This document shows, piece by piece, positions 1 through 14,374 of a stretch of DNA of 64,000 bases; position 1 is the first letter of the stretch; each line of letters starts with the position of its first letter. The position numbers were made by a program, and so were the translations under genes. Source of the stretch: Eledone cirrhosa (Eukaryota); NCBI GenBank assembly GCA_964016885.1, contig OZ024741.1, positions 220,844,001 to 220,908,000 of the forward strand, given 5' to 3'. The notes under the pieces were generated by a model that worked only from the letters and a program-made list of their open reading frames with translations, was not told the origin of the DNA and did not search any database.

Positions 1-475
1 CAGTGAGGGAGGGGGGTAGTGAGGTGAGTGGACCAATGAGAGAGGGAGTAGAGAGAGAGGAGAAATGACGGAGGAAGAGAGAGTGGACCAATAAGGGAGG
101 GAGTATCACAGTATCTGCTAGTAACTGGAATAAATCAATGAGAGAGAGGTAGTGGACCAATGAGGGAGGGGGAGAGAGAGAGGTTGAACAATGAGAGAGA
201 GGTAGTGGACCAATGAGGGGGTAAGAGAGAGAGAGAGAGCGAGAGGTAGTAGACCAATAAGAGAGGAAGTATAACAGTATCTGCTAGTAGAATAAATCAA
301 TGAGAGAGAGAGTTGACCAATGAGGGAGGAAGTAGAGAGAGGGAGGTAGTGGACCAATGAGGGGGAAGTGAGAGATAGTGGACCAATAAGGGAGGGAGTG
401 AGAGAGATAGTGGTTCAATAAGGGAGGGAGTATCTCAGTATCTGCTAGTGGAATAAATCAATGAGATATTGTAAT
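1..475. repeat. Purine-rich minisatellite with recurrent GTGGACCAATGAG core
   Basis: More than ten degenerate copies of (A)GTGGACCAAT(G/A)AG separated by GA-rich spacers. Confidence 0.8.
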
Positions 476-556
476 AATTACTGATTCCAGAAATACTGAG
501 ACTTGATTACAAATATTGAACCTACTGGAAAATCAATGTTATAATAGTGGTTATAT

Positions 557-1165
557 AGTGGTAGGGTGGTGGTGGTGGTGGTGGTGGTGGTGGTGGTGGT
601 GGTGGTGGTGGTGGTGGTGGGGTAGTGGTGGTGGTGGTGGTCTAATGGTGGTGGTGGTGGTGGTGGTGGTGGTGTAGTGGTGGTGGTGGTGGTAATGGTA
701 GTGGTAGTGGTGGTGGTGTAGTGGTGGTGGTGGTGGTGGTGGTGGTGGTGGTGGTGGTGGTGTAATGGTGGTGTTGGTGGTGGTGGTGGTGTAGTGGTGG
801 TGGTGGTGGTGGTGGTAATGGTAGTGGTAGTGGTAGTGGTGGTGGTGGTGGTGGTGGTGTAGTGGTGGTGGTGGTAGTGGTGGTGGTAGTGGTAGTGGTA
901 GTGGTAGTGGTGGTGGTGGTGGTATACTGTGATGTAAAGGTGGAGATGCTGGTGTATTGTGGTATAGCTGTGGTGGTGGTGGTGGTGGTGGTGGTGTATG
1001 CACTGATATAGTGATGGTGGTGGTGGTAGTGTATACACTGAAAGGGTGGAGGTGGTATACACTGATATAGTGTTGATGGTGGTGTATACATTGACATAGA
1101 GGTGGTGGTATACCGTGGTATATTGGAGGTGGTGGTATACTGTGGTATATTGGAGGTGGTTGTGA
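557..1165. repeat. (GGT)n trinucleotide microsatellite, degenerating distally
   Basis: Direct reading; the poly-His/Thr/Pro ORFs are its translations. Confidence 0.95.
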
Positions 1166-1480
1166 TGTTGGGTAAGGTGGAGATTCATAATTAAATATAG
1201 GTGTATGTATGTCTGTGTGTGTACATGTTTGTCTATATGTGTTCGTGTCAGTGTGTGTGCGTGTGTGTGTGTGTATGTATGCCTGTGTCTGTCTGCATGT
1301 GTGTGTCCGTGTGGGCTTCTGTCTGAGTACGTTCGTGCTTTTTGTGTATGTGTGTCTTTGAATCTAAGTGTTTCTGCAGACATTATTGTTCATATAAATA
1401 TGTATAATTACAACATACACACAGAAACGAACATGAATACATATATATACACATGCGGGCGCGCACACACATACGCACGC

Positions 1481-1520
<40 letters not shown>

Positions 1521-2026
1521 TAGCGTTTTTACGTCCTCTTTTCCATGCTAGCATGGGTTGGAGGGTCCTCTTCAGCATAGCATCGTTTCAGTTTTCGCGT
1601 TCATTCGTCATCTCCTCTCTGAGCTTCAACAATAGAAGAGGGCTTATGAACACATACCTGTTCATTGAATTCCTCACTGAATTCCTTTACTACCGTCTCT
1701 TTACTAACAGCTCCACTTTACATAGCATGCACTGCTCACACAAACCATTATTCAACCCTAATTTTTTAAGGACAGCCAGATGACAGCTAGAAATAGCTGT
1801 TAAAGTGTTTTTCTAGATCAACAAAATTTTAATATAGTGGCTTAATTTTGGCCAAGAAATTCTCTTGTAGTTATCTCACTACAAAGATGGCGTGTGCATA
1901 CTTCTCTGAGACAGAAAACTGAACTACATCTCACTTAATTTGACTCATTTTCTAATAAGATGGGCTGTAACCGCCACTTTTACAACTTGGTCCATTAATT
2001 AATCCTTTCAAGAGCATCACTTTTTC

Positions 2027-2096
<70 letters not shown>

Positions 2097-2175
2097 TTTT
2101 ACTCTTTTACTCTTTTATCTGTTCCAGCCGTCTAGCTGAGGCCATGCTGGGGCACCGCCCTTGTTGCTACACATT

Positions 2176-2360
2176 TTATCTCCAGCCTGTATTGGTTGTC
2201 CACTGGTGCAAGAGGGAGTTCGTTGCTGATGCCCTTAGGTTTCCCTCGTGCTTTAGTGTGGGCTCATCTGGGATCCTGGATAGCAAGTTGTCGAGATGTT
2301 TCTTGAAAACATCCACCTCCACACCGTGCAGATCTCCCAGATCCCTCGGCAGCTTGTTGA
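2176..2360 (-). mobile_element. LINE ORF2 C-terminal remnant (CR1/L2-like, clade tentative)
   Basis: FNKLPRDL...VDVFKKHLDNLLSRIPDEP...NSLLHQ resembles the C-terminus of non-LTR RT ORFs. Confidence 0.65.
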
Positions 2361-2534
2361 AGATATATATATGTAATATATATTGCATAAAAGACTATTA
2401 AATACACAACCTAGTACACTGTCTAACACATCCATCGTGACAAATTTATGTTAACCGGTAATGATGATGATGATATGTGTGTGTGTTTATACCGAAAATA
2501 TCAATAAATACGAAGATGATTTTTATGTAAAGAC

Positions 2535-2714
2535 ATTTTTTCCAATTCCAGCCTACCCGTCCCCTCAATTTATCTTATTTCTCATTCTTTCTTCTGATGA
2601 AGGATTAGTGTCCGAAACGTTAAGACCTTCCTCCTGATATTTCAAGCGTTAACCTAATATATTCCTTCCATATACTGTATCGATTGTGTTGTTATTTCTG
2701 TTTACCTTTTACAT
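2535..2714 (+). mobile_element. Short HHR-bearing repeat, family A (probable solo PLE pseudo-LTR)
   Basis: CTGATGAAGGATTAGTGTCCGAAACGTTAAGA followed by a conserved tail ending TTTACCTTTTACATA into (CA)/(TA)n; homologous copies at ~32600, ~33030, ~33865. Confidence 0.75.
2590..2625 (+). ncRNA. Minimal type I hammerhead ribozyme motif
   Basis: TCTT-CTGATGA-A-GGA..TCC-GAAA-CGTT-AAGA; stem I TCTT/AAGA; palindromic ACGT stem III. Confidence 0.75.
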
Positions 2715-2749
<35 letters not shown>

Positions 2750-3127
2750 AAGTGTTATTGGGGGAAAGACAGAAAAAAGTATATATTTTGTTAAAACAAA
2801 AAGTGAAACATAATTATCATCTATTGAAGTTGAACAACATAGCTTTTCTATACAAGTAAATACACCAGGAAAGAAGTGTGTAATTATAGGTGTCACGAAA
2901 TCAGCCAAGTCTGAGAAACAGAGGCAGTTTTATGGTCCGTACACAGGATATTTCATCCACAACAAATAGTTATATGAGATATGGCTGTTAGTCGTACCTT
3001 CAGGCAAATGCTTATAAAATGGTTTCAAATATTTGCTTGAAGATATGGCTTTAAACCAGAGCTTGCAGTTTCTTGAAGCTTTAACTCATAAAACCATTTG
3101 TCGGAGATGGAATATCTTGTGTACGTA

Positions 3128-3281
<154 letters not shown>

Positions 3282-3312
3282 GCGCGCACACACACATATA
3301 TATATATATATG

Positions 3313-3390
3313 GCTGAGTTCTTGTCGTTTCGACAGCTAGATCCGGAGTCCTAGTTCCGAAACTAGCTGTCGAAACGACAAGAATTGAGC
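3313..3390. repeat. Fold-back inverted repeat
   Basis: TTCTTGTCGTTTCGACAGCTAG ... CTAGCTGTCGAAACGACAAGAA. Confidence 0.85.
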
Positions 3391-3578
3391 AATCGGGTCC
3401 CGACTCTTTACCATATAACAATACACTACTACCCCAAATATCGAGTGCTCTGTTGAATAATGGCCTAACTATTTTTAAACTGGTTCTATGGTGATATATA
3501 TATAAGTTTATCCCGGATTCAAACGGAGGTAACCACAGTAAGGTACTCAATACATAGCAGAGTATAAATATTTGATAT

Positions 3579-3686
3579 AGAAATGGCTTCTACAGGACTA
3601 GAACTGTTTTATTCGGGAGAAATCATCAGCAAGCCCTGATGATTTCTCCCGAATGAAACCGTTCTAGTCCTGTAGAAGCCATTTCT
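3579..3686. repeat. Near-perfect ~51-bp inverted repeat with an HHR-like motif in each arm
   Basis: AGAAATGGCTTCTACAGGACTAGAAC...TCATCAG-caagcc-CTGATGA...GTTCTAGTCCTGTAGAAGCCATTTCT. Confidence 0.85.
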
Positions 3687-3687
3687 T

Positions 3688-3740
<53 letters not shown>

Positions 3741-3758
3741 TATTGTATATATATTGCT

Positions 3759-3794
<36 letters not shown>

Positions 3795-4170
3795 AACATA
3801 CATTTAGAAATGTGATTTAAACTTAAGAAACAGTCGCTGTTTGACATAAATATTTTGTAAGGTTTGAATAGAATTTCCTCACTGATTGGAGGAGTATAAT
3901 ATTAGGAAATAGCTAGAAAATATTAATGAGCGCTACCTGCCACACACACACACACACACACACAGACACACACATACACATACATACAGAACACACGCAT
4001 ACAAGTGTACAAATACATTGTACACACATACACACGTATACATTCACTGCATGCACATACATGCCCACGCATACAAATACGTATAAATACACATAAATGC
4101 GCTAGTAATTACCTCCCCAACATGTGAAGCATACACACACACCATACACACACACCATACACACACACAC

Positions 4171-4234
<64 letters not shown>

Positions 4235-4267
4235 CACGCATACACATACACCATACACACACACCAT

Positions 4268-4302
<35 letters not shown>

Positions 4303-4339
4303 CATACACGCATACACATACACCATACACACACACCAT

Positions 4340-4417
<78 letters not shown>

Positions 4418-4555
4418 GCATACACATACACCACACATACACACGCACACGCACACACACACATATATATATATGTATGTATGTGTATATATGTATATAT
4501 ATGCAATACAATTCCTATACACACTGTAAAAAACACTGACATAAACATACACACA

Positions 4556-4835
<280 letters not shown>

Positions 4836-5538
4836 ACATAAAGACACACACACCAAGAGATGAGATGTGCCAGGGGCGTTGGCAAATATAATTACAACAA
4901 AAGTAGGGTAAAAAAAAAGATGAAAAGACAATCAGTGGCGAAACAAAGTTGTTGGGGAGATGAGACTGGTTGTGATTAGAGAGAGATAGGGATAGGTATA
5001 TAGAGAGGGTGGGACTGGTAGATAGATACATAGATAGAGAGGTTGATATATATTGAGAGAGGGGGACAGGTAGATAGATACATAGGTAGAGAGGTTGATA
5101 TATATTGAGAGAGGGGGTCAGGTAGATAGATACATAGGTAGAGAGGTGTATATAGAGAGAGGGGGACAGGTAGATAGATACATAGGTAGAGAGGTTGATA
5201 TATATTGAGAGGAAGAGAGGGGGAGAGACGGGTTGTGGTTAGATAGCGAGAGATAGTTAGATATATAGAGATGGGCAGGTAGATACAGAGATAAAGATAT
5301 TGATATAATGAGAGAAGGGGAGAGAGAGACGGAGAGAGATAGTGAGGGTGAGAGAGATAAAGAAATATATGTATCTATATATATATATGTGTATGTGTGG
5401 TGTGTGTGACTATGTAACTCACTCGCTTTCTTTTAAGCGTGAAACTAATACGACTCTTAATGTACCATTGTTTGTTCGTTTCTTGTTTCCTTGAGACACA
5501 CACACACAAACACACACACTCGCACACACACACGTACA

Positions 5539-5628
<90 letters not shown>

Positions 5629-5974
5629 CACATGCATACACACACACACACACAAACACACACGCATTAAACTTAAGCCAAAATCTCGATTTGTGTGTGT
5701 ATGTATAGGAATATCCCTATCTTTCTCTCTCTCCCCTCTCTCTCTCCCTCGCTCTCTCCTCCCTCTCTCTCTCCTCTCTATCTCCCATTCCTCTCCTCTC
5801 TCGCTCTCTCTGTCTCTCTCTCTCTCTCTATAGAGAGAGAAGGATTCCTTTTTCTATTTCATGCACTCTTGAAATGTATAGATAGATATAGTTAGATAGA
5901 TAGATAGAGAGATATATAGATAGATAGACAGCTAGATAGATAGATATATATATATAGAGAGAGAGAGAGATAGG

Positions 5975-6053
<79 letters not shown>

Positions 6054-6794
6054 AGAGATAAAGAGGGGAGAGGAAATGTACATGATCGTATTTCGGCTGT
6101 GGTAAAAAACCAAGCGAAACGCAATTTTCGAGATATGCGGCAAGCGCTCAATGGACTAAAAGAAGACCAGAACAATTAACATACGTTATAGAAGCCAAAC
6201 AAACTGAAAACTGTGGTCATGAAGCTATCAGCCACAGGAGCAAAAAAAAACGAAGCAAGCTAAACAGGTTAAGCAAAAGAATTTACCTGAACCTCCTAGA
6301 AATTGATGGTATATCCAGTGGGAGATTTATGTGACACCTAAATCAATTATACTTCCTGCCTTCATTGTAACATTTTGGTATAAGGATCGAACAGGGCTCC
6401 CATTTCGTCAACAGGCATTTTGTTCTCGGCTGGCGAGCGGGTTCCAATGCATTAGTAGTTTTGGAGTGATTACCCCCACGTGTTTACCCTGCTAGGGAGG
6501 TAACCCCGATTTTGGCGGATGGATTCAGAATGTGTAAAATTATATTTATATATTCTTGTCTACGACTTCAGTTATACCATTTACGTGGTTTTGTCTTTGC
6601 GTGCAATTGTTCTCCACGCTCCACATATGACGTATTTTCTTCGTTTTTTCCGTTCATTGCCAGAGAACGTCTCTATGAACCACCTAATAGAATAATAGTC
6701 TACGACTTCTTTTATACCATAAACGTGGTTTTGTCTTTGCGTGTAATTGTTTTTCACCGCTCCAAATAATTACGTATTATATTCGTTTTTTTCC

Positions 6795-6976
6795 GTTCTT
6801 TGCCAGGGAACGTTTCCACGAACCAAAGTATCGTCTTCCTGTCTTCCTCCGGTTGCAACGTTTTTTTAAATATTCACTTCTGCGTTCACAGATTGACTTT
6901 GTTAGTTTCAGACGATCCCGTTAAGGGTGAAAGCAGCGATTCTTTGCTTAAAGTTTAATCTGTTATTTTAATAAAT
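6795..6976 (+). mobile_element. Dispersed repeat, family F (copies at ~20105-20285 and partial ~56165-56225)
   Basis: TTGCCAGGGAACGTTTCCACGAACCAAAGTATCG...GAAAGCAGCGATTCTTTGCTTAAA shared between copies; ends at (TA)n. Confidence 0.75.
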
Positions 6977-7139
6977 ATATATATATATATATATATGCAA
7001 AAGTTCTATTTAAATTGTTGGGATACAATAAGCAAATATTTTTATAACTGATATAAAGCACTCAACAAATAATTGGAGTAAAAATACGATATTGACAAAT
7101 ATCCGGGAGCTTCCAACAGTAATGGTTGCATTTTTTAAG

Positions 7140-7281
7140 GGTATGTCAATATTTATTTATAAAACTGCTCTATATTTTATTTTATCTGATGAAAGCACAC
7201 CATAATTTAACTTGGTGTCCTTGAAATATGTATAATGAAATAAATATGGTTTTATAAATATAGTTTCCATTTGTCAATATC

Positions 7282-7284
<3 letters not shown>
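7140..7284 (+). mobile_element. HHR-bearing PLE pseudo-LTR fragment, family B
   Basis: TTTTATCTGATGA...CACCA..TGGTG..GAAATATGTATAAT plus AATAAATATGGTTTTATAAATATAGTTTCCATTT, shared with 16425-16545; short inverted terminal copy at ~7085-7100. Confidence 0.75.
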
Positions 7285-7353
<69 letters not shown>

Positions 7354-7683
7354 TTAAGGATACTATTTATGGTTATGTATATACTAAAACTTTTTATAGT
7401 TATATATATTTTAAACCCTAAACAGTAAAAGACAGTAATTTATTACTACCTTATTACCAGTAAGATAAATAGCTCAATGTAATAACATCAGTTGTTCTAC
7501 AGAGCAGTTATATAGAAATCACATGAATCAAAGTTCTGTTCAAACCATTTGAACAGAACTTTGATTCATGTGATTTATATATGTATATATATCTGTATAT
7601 ATATATATGTGTGTGTGTGTGTGTATTGTATATATATATATATATATATAAACACATACATATATATATATATATACATGTAT

Positions 7684-7725
<42 letters not shown>

Positions 7726-7865
7726 CCAAAGATTAATATGGTTCATTGATTACTCAATGAATATAGTTTTACAATAGATTAAAAGCACTCTACAATAAAG
7801 TTTTCTGGAGTTAATATTATTCAGAATATTAATAAATGAAGAGATTCACATAATCAAAATATAGG

Positions 7866-7927
7866 TTTTATTATATATATTTCGAAGGTACTGTGCTGTT
7901 TTTTCAGTACGTTCTCGTCAGATAAAA
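7866..7927 (-). ncRNA. Minimal hammerhead ribozyme motif
   Basis: Minus strand: TTTTAT-CTGACGA-GAAcGTACTG..CAGTACcTTC-GAA-ATATATAT-A-ATAAAA; stem I TTTTAT/ATAAAA. Confidence 0.8.
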
Positions 7928-8223
7928 TACATGAATTGATGTATGACATACCTCAACGGTCTTGATAGTTCAATTCCAGTATTGCCAGTACCGGAATGTA
8001 TATATTAAAAACAAAACTGGGTTTCACATTCAGGTCTTTACTGATTATACACAGTTACAACCATGTCACAGATGGCTGGTTCAGGATCTATGTAAATGCT
8101 ACAGACTCCAGCCCGATCTGCTCAGCAGACTTGTTAATCAAGCAAAACCAATATCTCATCTGAGGGGCTGACCTGGCTGGAGTCGGTTCTACAGCATTTA
8201 CATGAATTATATATATATATATA

Positions 8224-8381
8224 TTACGGCCCTTTATGATCTGAGTTCAAATCCCGCCGAGGTTAACTTTGCCTTTAATCCTCACGGGGTCGATAAAATA
8301 AAGTACCAGTCACGCACTGGGGTCGATTTAATTGACTTTCCCCTCCCCCAAAATCACTGGCCTTGTGCCTATATAAGAAAC
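8224..8381 (+). mobile_element. tRNA-derived SINE (Meta-domain-like), 5'-truncated
   Basis: B-box GAGTTCAAATCCC then TTTGCCTTT..ATCC..CGGGGTCGATAAAATAAAGTACCAG; many copies in window. Confidence 0.85.
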
Positions 8382-8417
8382 CTATATATATATATATAGA
8401 CACACACACAAACACAC

Positions 8418-8477
<60 letters not shown>

Positions 8478-8480
8478 GTA

Positions 8481-8618
8481 TAACGAAGGGAGTGTGGTAA
8501 GGAACCAGATGGACCATAACGCACCAGAGTACTCAATACTTAGGGTAGTAGAGTGGGTAATAGGAAAATGTTTAACCCCGACGGCACAACTCAAGCCGTT
8601 TCGACGGCTATTTCAGCA
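8481..8618 (-). mobile_element. Dispersed (TA)n-anchored repeat, family C (also ~9283-9372, ~22651-22770, ~36322-36480)
   Basis: Shared AACGAAGG.AGTGTGGTAAGGAACCAG.TGGACCATAAC start, always abutting (TA)n. Confidence 0.75.
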
Positions 8619-9154
8619 CTAAATTAGAATTTTTAGCGTGGTAATAAATAGCCGAACTTTTCAGAGGGTAATTCCTTATATGGGAAGATTGTAGTTGTCA
8701 AAAGGATTGGTCAAAAGTGTTTGTAAATTGCTGAGGAACACCAACAGTGTGAATCAGAATCTGTCAGCTTCTCTCCCTTCCTTTGCTGGAAAAAAAAGTA
8801 AGTGACATAGTCACTGCTTTAAAATAATAGCACAAGGTCTTCAAAATGTTTTTAATTAAACATATAGTATATTACCAAATATACTATACATACTTTCATG
8901 TATACATCGCTATTTCAGAGCACCAATCCTAATTTATATATATATATATATAAATATAAACGAAATTTTTATAAATACAAAATGTAGACACCAACCCGAG
9001 GCCGAGGTATTCCGTACTTCTCTGTACTGTTATTTATATATTCGTGTACAGATATTTTTGCATACACAATAACAAAATATAAACAAACGTATTTACTTCA
9101 CGAGGCTCGAGAAGGATAAATATATATCAAATATATAAGAACACTAGAGCAAAT

Positions 9155-9182
9155 CCCGAGCAACGCCGGGCCATTCTGCTAG
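9155..9182 (+). mobile_element. Helitron 3' terminus
   Basis: CCCGAGCAACGCCGGG hairpin followed by CTGCTAG|T, like 20004-20031. Confidence 0.7.
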
Positions 9183-9208
9183 TATATATTAAATTTGGCC
9201 TGCAACCT

Positions 9209-9284
<76 letters not shown>

Positions 9285-9466
9285 ACGAAGGAAGTGTGGG
9301 TAAGGAACCAGATGGACTAGAAATAGCCGTCGAAACGGCTTGAGCTCTGCCGTCGGGGTTAAACATTTTCCTATATATATATATATATATATAGTAGTGA
9401 AAGAGTGAAGAAAAACATGGTCGGCAGTACAAAAATGATTTTATTTACAATATTAACAATTGTTTC

Positions 9467-9515
<49 letters not shown>

Positions 9516-9557
9516 TCTCTCTCTCTCATGTATATATATAGAGAGAGATATATATAG

Positions 9558-9600
<43 letters not shown>

Positions 9601-10024
9601 AAGAGAGAGTTAGGTTGCAGGCCAAATTTAATAGCTTAGTATTAATTCTCAGTCTGTTATAGCCGGCATAAGAGATGAACATCGGTGACACATACATTAA
9701 TTCATCACTGATTACCTCTAGCACATATAAATATATTTAAACTGGAACTTGCTAGCTTGTACGAAAGTTTATTATTCTACACAAAATATGTCTTAATTTT
9801 ATTGGAAAATGAAAAGGAAATGAGATTAGAAATGGCCAGATAATAAAATAAAATATAACCAAAAAATAATATATAATACGGAATAAAATACTATTCCTGG
9901 GGATTTTATTGCTATTGTCATATATCTATGATTAATCTAAGATTAATATTTATCAATAATTCTTCGACAGCTGCAGCTAGTTTTAACCTTCACTTACAGA
10001 CATGTTTAGAAAGATGATAATGAT

Positions 10025-10969
10025 TTGTAGTATAGGCACAAGGCCAGTGATTTAGGGGAGGGGAAAGTCGATTAAATCGATCCCAGTATGTTACTGGTGC
10101 TTTATTTTATCGACCCCCGTAAGTATGAAAGACAAAGTTAACCTCGGAGGGATTTGAACTCAGATCATAGTGGGCCGTAACTCTATGCTGCAAAGCATAG
10201 CGATTCTGCCAATAATAATTGTTTCTACTTTTTGGCACAAGGCCAGCAATTATCCCAGTGCATTACTGGTACTTTATTTTATCGACCCCGTACGGATGAA
10301 AGGCAAAGTTAACCTCGGCAAGATTTGATCTCAGAATAGCAAGGGCCGTAACTCTATGCATCAAAGCATGGCGTCCGACCCTCTACCGATACTGCCAATC
10401 CACCGCCCTAATGATAATAAATAATAATAATTTCTACTTTGGTCACCAGGCCAGGCGGGGAGGGGAAAGTCGATTAAATCAAACCCTAGTGTTTTACTGG
10501 TACTTCACTTTATCGACCCCAGAAAACTAAATAATTGTTTCTACATTTGGGTCAAGCCCAGCAATTATCCCAGTACGTTACTGATACTTTATTTTATCGA
10601 TCCGACCCCGTAAGGATAAAATACAAAGTTAACCGTGGCAGGTTTGTACTCAGGCCGTAAAGGAACGTAACTCTATGCTGCAAAGCATGGCGTCCCATCC
10701 TCTACCGATACTGCCAATCCACCGCCTGTGGCTAAATAATTGTTTCTACTTTTGGCACAAGGCCAGCAATTAACCCAGTGTATTACTGGTACTTTATTTT
10801 ATCGACCCCGTAAGGATGAAAGGCAAAGTCAACCTCGGCGGGATTTGAACTCAGAACGTAAAGGGCCGCAACAATATGCCGCAAAGCATTTTGGCCGACG
10901 CTCTGCCGATTACTGCTAATTCACAGCCCTAGAGATGATAATAATAATTATTATTTCTTTATTGGCCAC

Positions 10970-11025
<56 letters not shown>

Positions 11026-11430
11026 GGATTTCTACTATAGGCTCAAGGCCAGGAATTTGGCGGGGGAGCGGAAAATCGATTAAATCGTCCCCTGTGCATT
11101 AATGATGCTATATTTTACGACCCCACAAGGATGAAAGGCAAATCTGAGATCGGCGGGAGTTAAAATCAGCAAGTAAAGGGCCGTAACTATATGCCACAAT
11201 GCATGTTGTCTGACACTCTACTGATTCTGCCAATAATAATGATTTCTAGTAGCACAAGGCCAGTAATTTGGAGGAGGGGAAAGTCGATTAAATCGACCCC
11301 TGTGCGTGACTGGTACTTTATTTTATCGACCCCGTAAGGATGAAAGGCAAAGTTAACCTCGGAGGGATTTGAACTCAGATCATAATGGGCCATAACTCTA
11401 TGCTGCAAAGCATGGCGATTCTGCCAATAA
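10025..11430 (-). mobile_element. Head-to-tail cluster of about 6-7 full and partial Meta-domain-like SINE copies
   Basis: Repeated CTGGTACTTTATTTTATCGACCCCGTAAGGATGAAAGGCAAAGTTAACCTCGG..GGATTTGAACTC units separated by (AAT)n. Confidence 0.9.
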
Positions 11431-11568
11431 TAATAATAATTGTTTTATTTGGGGACAATTCCGTTATAGAGCGTACATTTTCTTTTTTAACTTTCATTTT
11501 TCATGTCTTCTAAAACACAGATTTCAGCGGGGTTTTTAAAGTTAAGGCTCATTTACCCAATACTTAGA

Positions 11569-12318
11569 TCATCTGGCTATCTGGAAGATATTATAGTCAT
11601 CTGGCTATCTGGAAGATATTATAGTCATTTGGATATCTGGAAGATATTATAGTCATCTGGTTATCTGGAAGATATAGTCATTTGGTTATCTGGAAGATAT
11701 TATAGTCATCTGGTTATCTGGAAGATATAGACATCTGGTTATCTGGAAGACGATATAGCCATGTGGCTATCTGGAAGATATTATAGTCATCTGGCTATCT
11801 AGAAGATATTATAGTCATTTGGTTATCTGGAAGATATAATAGTCATCTGGTTATCTGGAAGATATAGTCATCTGGTTATCTGGAAGACGATATAGCCATG
11901 TGGCTATCTGGAAGATATTATAGTGATCTGGCTATCTGGAAGACAATATAGCCATCTGGCCATCTGGAAGACGATATAATCATCTGGCCATCTGGAAGAC
12001 GATATAGTCATCTGGCCATCTGGAAGACGATATAGTCATCTGGCTATCTGGAAGACGATATAGTCATCTGGCCATCTGGAAGATAATATAGTCATCTGGC
12101 TATCTGGAAGATGGTATAGTCATCTGGCTATCTGGAAGATAATATAGTCATCTGACCATCTGGAAGTCGATATAGTCATCTGACCATCTGGAAGAGGATA
12201 TAGTCATCTGACCATCTGGAAGAGGATATAGTCATCCATCTAGCCATCTGGAAGACGTTGCAGTCACCTGACTATCTGTAAGATATTATAGTCAATTGGC
12301 TATGTGGAAGATATTATA
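11569..12318. repeat. ~28-bp minisatellite (CATCTGGCTATCTGGAAGATATTATAGT)n
   Basis: Direct reading, roughly 27 units with 25-bp variants. Confidence 0.95.
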
Positions 12319-12503
12319 CTTAACACACACGATCTTAGCTATCTATTTCTATAAAAAGCTGTTTGTACATATATTTCTAGAAATACTTGCAAGTTATTGT
12401 ATACTTGAAAAATACTTTTTCTTCCACTTTTTTTCATTTGTGGAATATATATATATATATCCGATTGTGTTGTTATTTCCGTTTACCTTTTACATACACA
12501 CAT

Positions 12504-12538
<35 letters not shown>

Positions 12539-12634
12539 AATATATATATATGTACATATGTATGTATGTATATATGTACGTATGTATGTATGTATGTATG
12601 TATGTATGTATGTATGTATGTATGTATGTATGTA

Positions 12635-12681
<47 letters not shown>

Positions 12682-12985
12682 ATATATATATATATACACA
12701 TATATATATATATACATTTTTCTCATATTTTGTTTCTTTCTTTGTGAATCTATTGTCTTCTCTAATCAATGTTTTTACATCTTATTTAAAATCACTTTTG
12801 GCATTGTTTGTCAAAAGCAATTATATTTTAGCTTCGTATAGACATCAGTGCAATGACTTCATAGAAATATCTTATCCAAATATTTTCTTTATAAGCTATT
12901 TCATGACCTTACAATTGCTCAAGGGATTACCGAGCAATGGATTAAATCTCTAAAGCTTCTATAATTTATCTCATTTTATTATATC

Positions 12986-13067
<82 letters not shown>

Positions 13068-13094
13068 TGTATATATATATGTATATATATATAT

Positions 13095-13144
<50 letters not shown>

Positions 13145-13187
13145 GAAAGGTATAGAAAACATTGTAGCGAAAAGCCGACAGTATTCC

Positions 13188-13254
<67 letters not shown>

Positions 13255-13305
13255 GTATATATATATATACGTATGTATTTATATATATATATATATATGT
13301 GTATG

Positions 13306-13380
<75 letters not shown>

Positions 13381-13852
13381 ATGTATATATATATATATAG
13401 GTGTGTGTGCGTGTGTAATGTCTAATGTTACGTTATCACAATCCTGATCCTTTTCGTGACATAAGAAGGAACTTATACAGATGTATGACAAAAACATGTT
13501 TGTTAAAATATAGATAGCTTCACTGTTCGGGAAAAATATATTTATTATAGGCATTTCTTTGTGATAGTGTTGAATGTTAGTAATGTGGTGTCCTATTATA
13601 TTTTATACCGACACATAAGGAAGTAGTTTAGTTCTAAAGATAACTGGGATGAGAATCTTCTGGAAGAGGATATGTCTTAGGATTTCAAGATTAAACTTGA
13701 TTTTAAATCAAAACAAAACAACATCTCCCTTCCTCTCCAATCAACATGTGAACCTCTAAGCTATCGATCGACCTAATAAAATAAACTGTGAAATGTTTCC
13801 TCATGACCTCGATACATAGAAACACAATGTCTCATCAACGATAGAGAGAGAG

Positions 13853-13887
<35 letters not shown>

Positions 13888-13918
13888 AGAGAGAGAGAGG
13901 GAGAGAGAGAGAGAGAGA

Positions 13919-13966
<48 letters not shown>

Positions 13967-14248
13967 TGACTCCTCGAAAGGTTTTATCATTGCTTTTGAT
14001 ATACTTTTGGTAAATAGCAAGAGAAAGTGTCCAAATTAACAACAATAATAACAATACGATTCAACATTACTAACGACAAAACTAACCAAAGTGACAATAG
14101 AAACTAGAGGTGGGGGAGGGAGAAAGATGGAAGGGCTTGATGAAGGGGAGGGATGCATGGGGGGGGGGGGGGTACAAGAAGAAGAAGTAAGTGTAAATAT
14201 TTATCTCAACTCGTTTCGCATCATTCAGCTTCGACTGAAAAATATGTC

Positions 14249-14273
14249 TAACATCACACACATCGATACACAA

Positions 14274-14315
<42 letters not shown>

Positions 14316-14337
14316 TTGTGTATCGATGTGTGTGATG

Positions 14338-14340
<3 letters not shown>
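14249..14340. repeat. Palindrome centred on (TA)n
   Basis: TAACATCACACACATCGATACACAAAG-(AT)n-CTTTGTGTATCGATGTGTGTGATGTTA. Confidence 0.9.

Positions 14341-14374
<34 letters not shown>

Noticed and set aside
8640-8805. Possible minus-strand splice acceptor (TTTTTTTTCCAG)
   Set aside because: All three frames stop within ~75 nt; no supporting gene structure
11569-12318. 28-bp repeats resembling a CRISPR array
   Set aside because: Contiguous tandem units with no unique spacers; eukaryotic context
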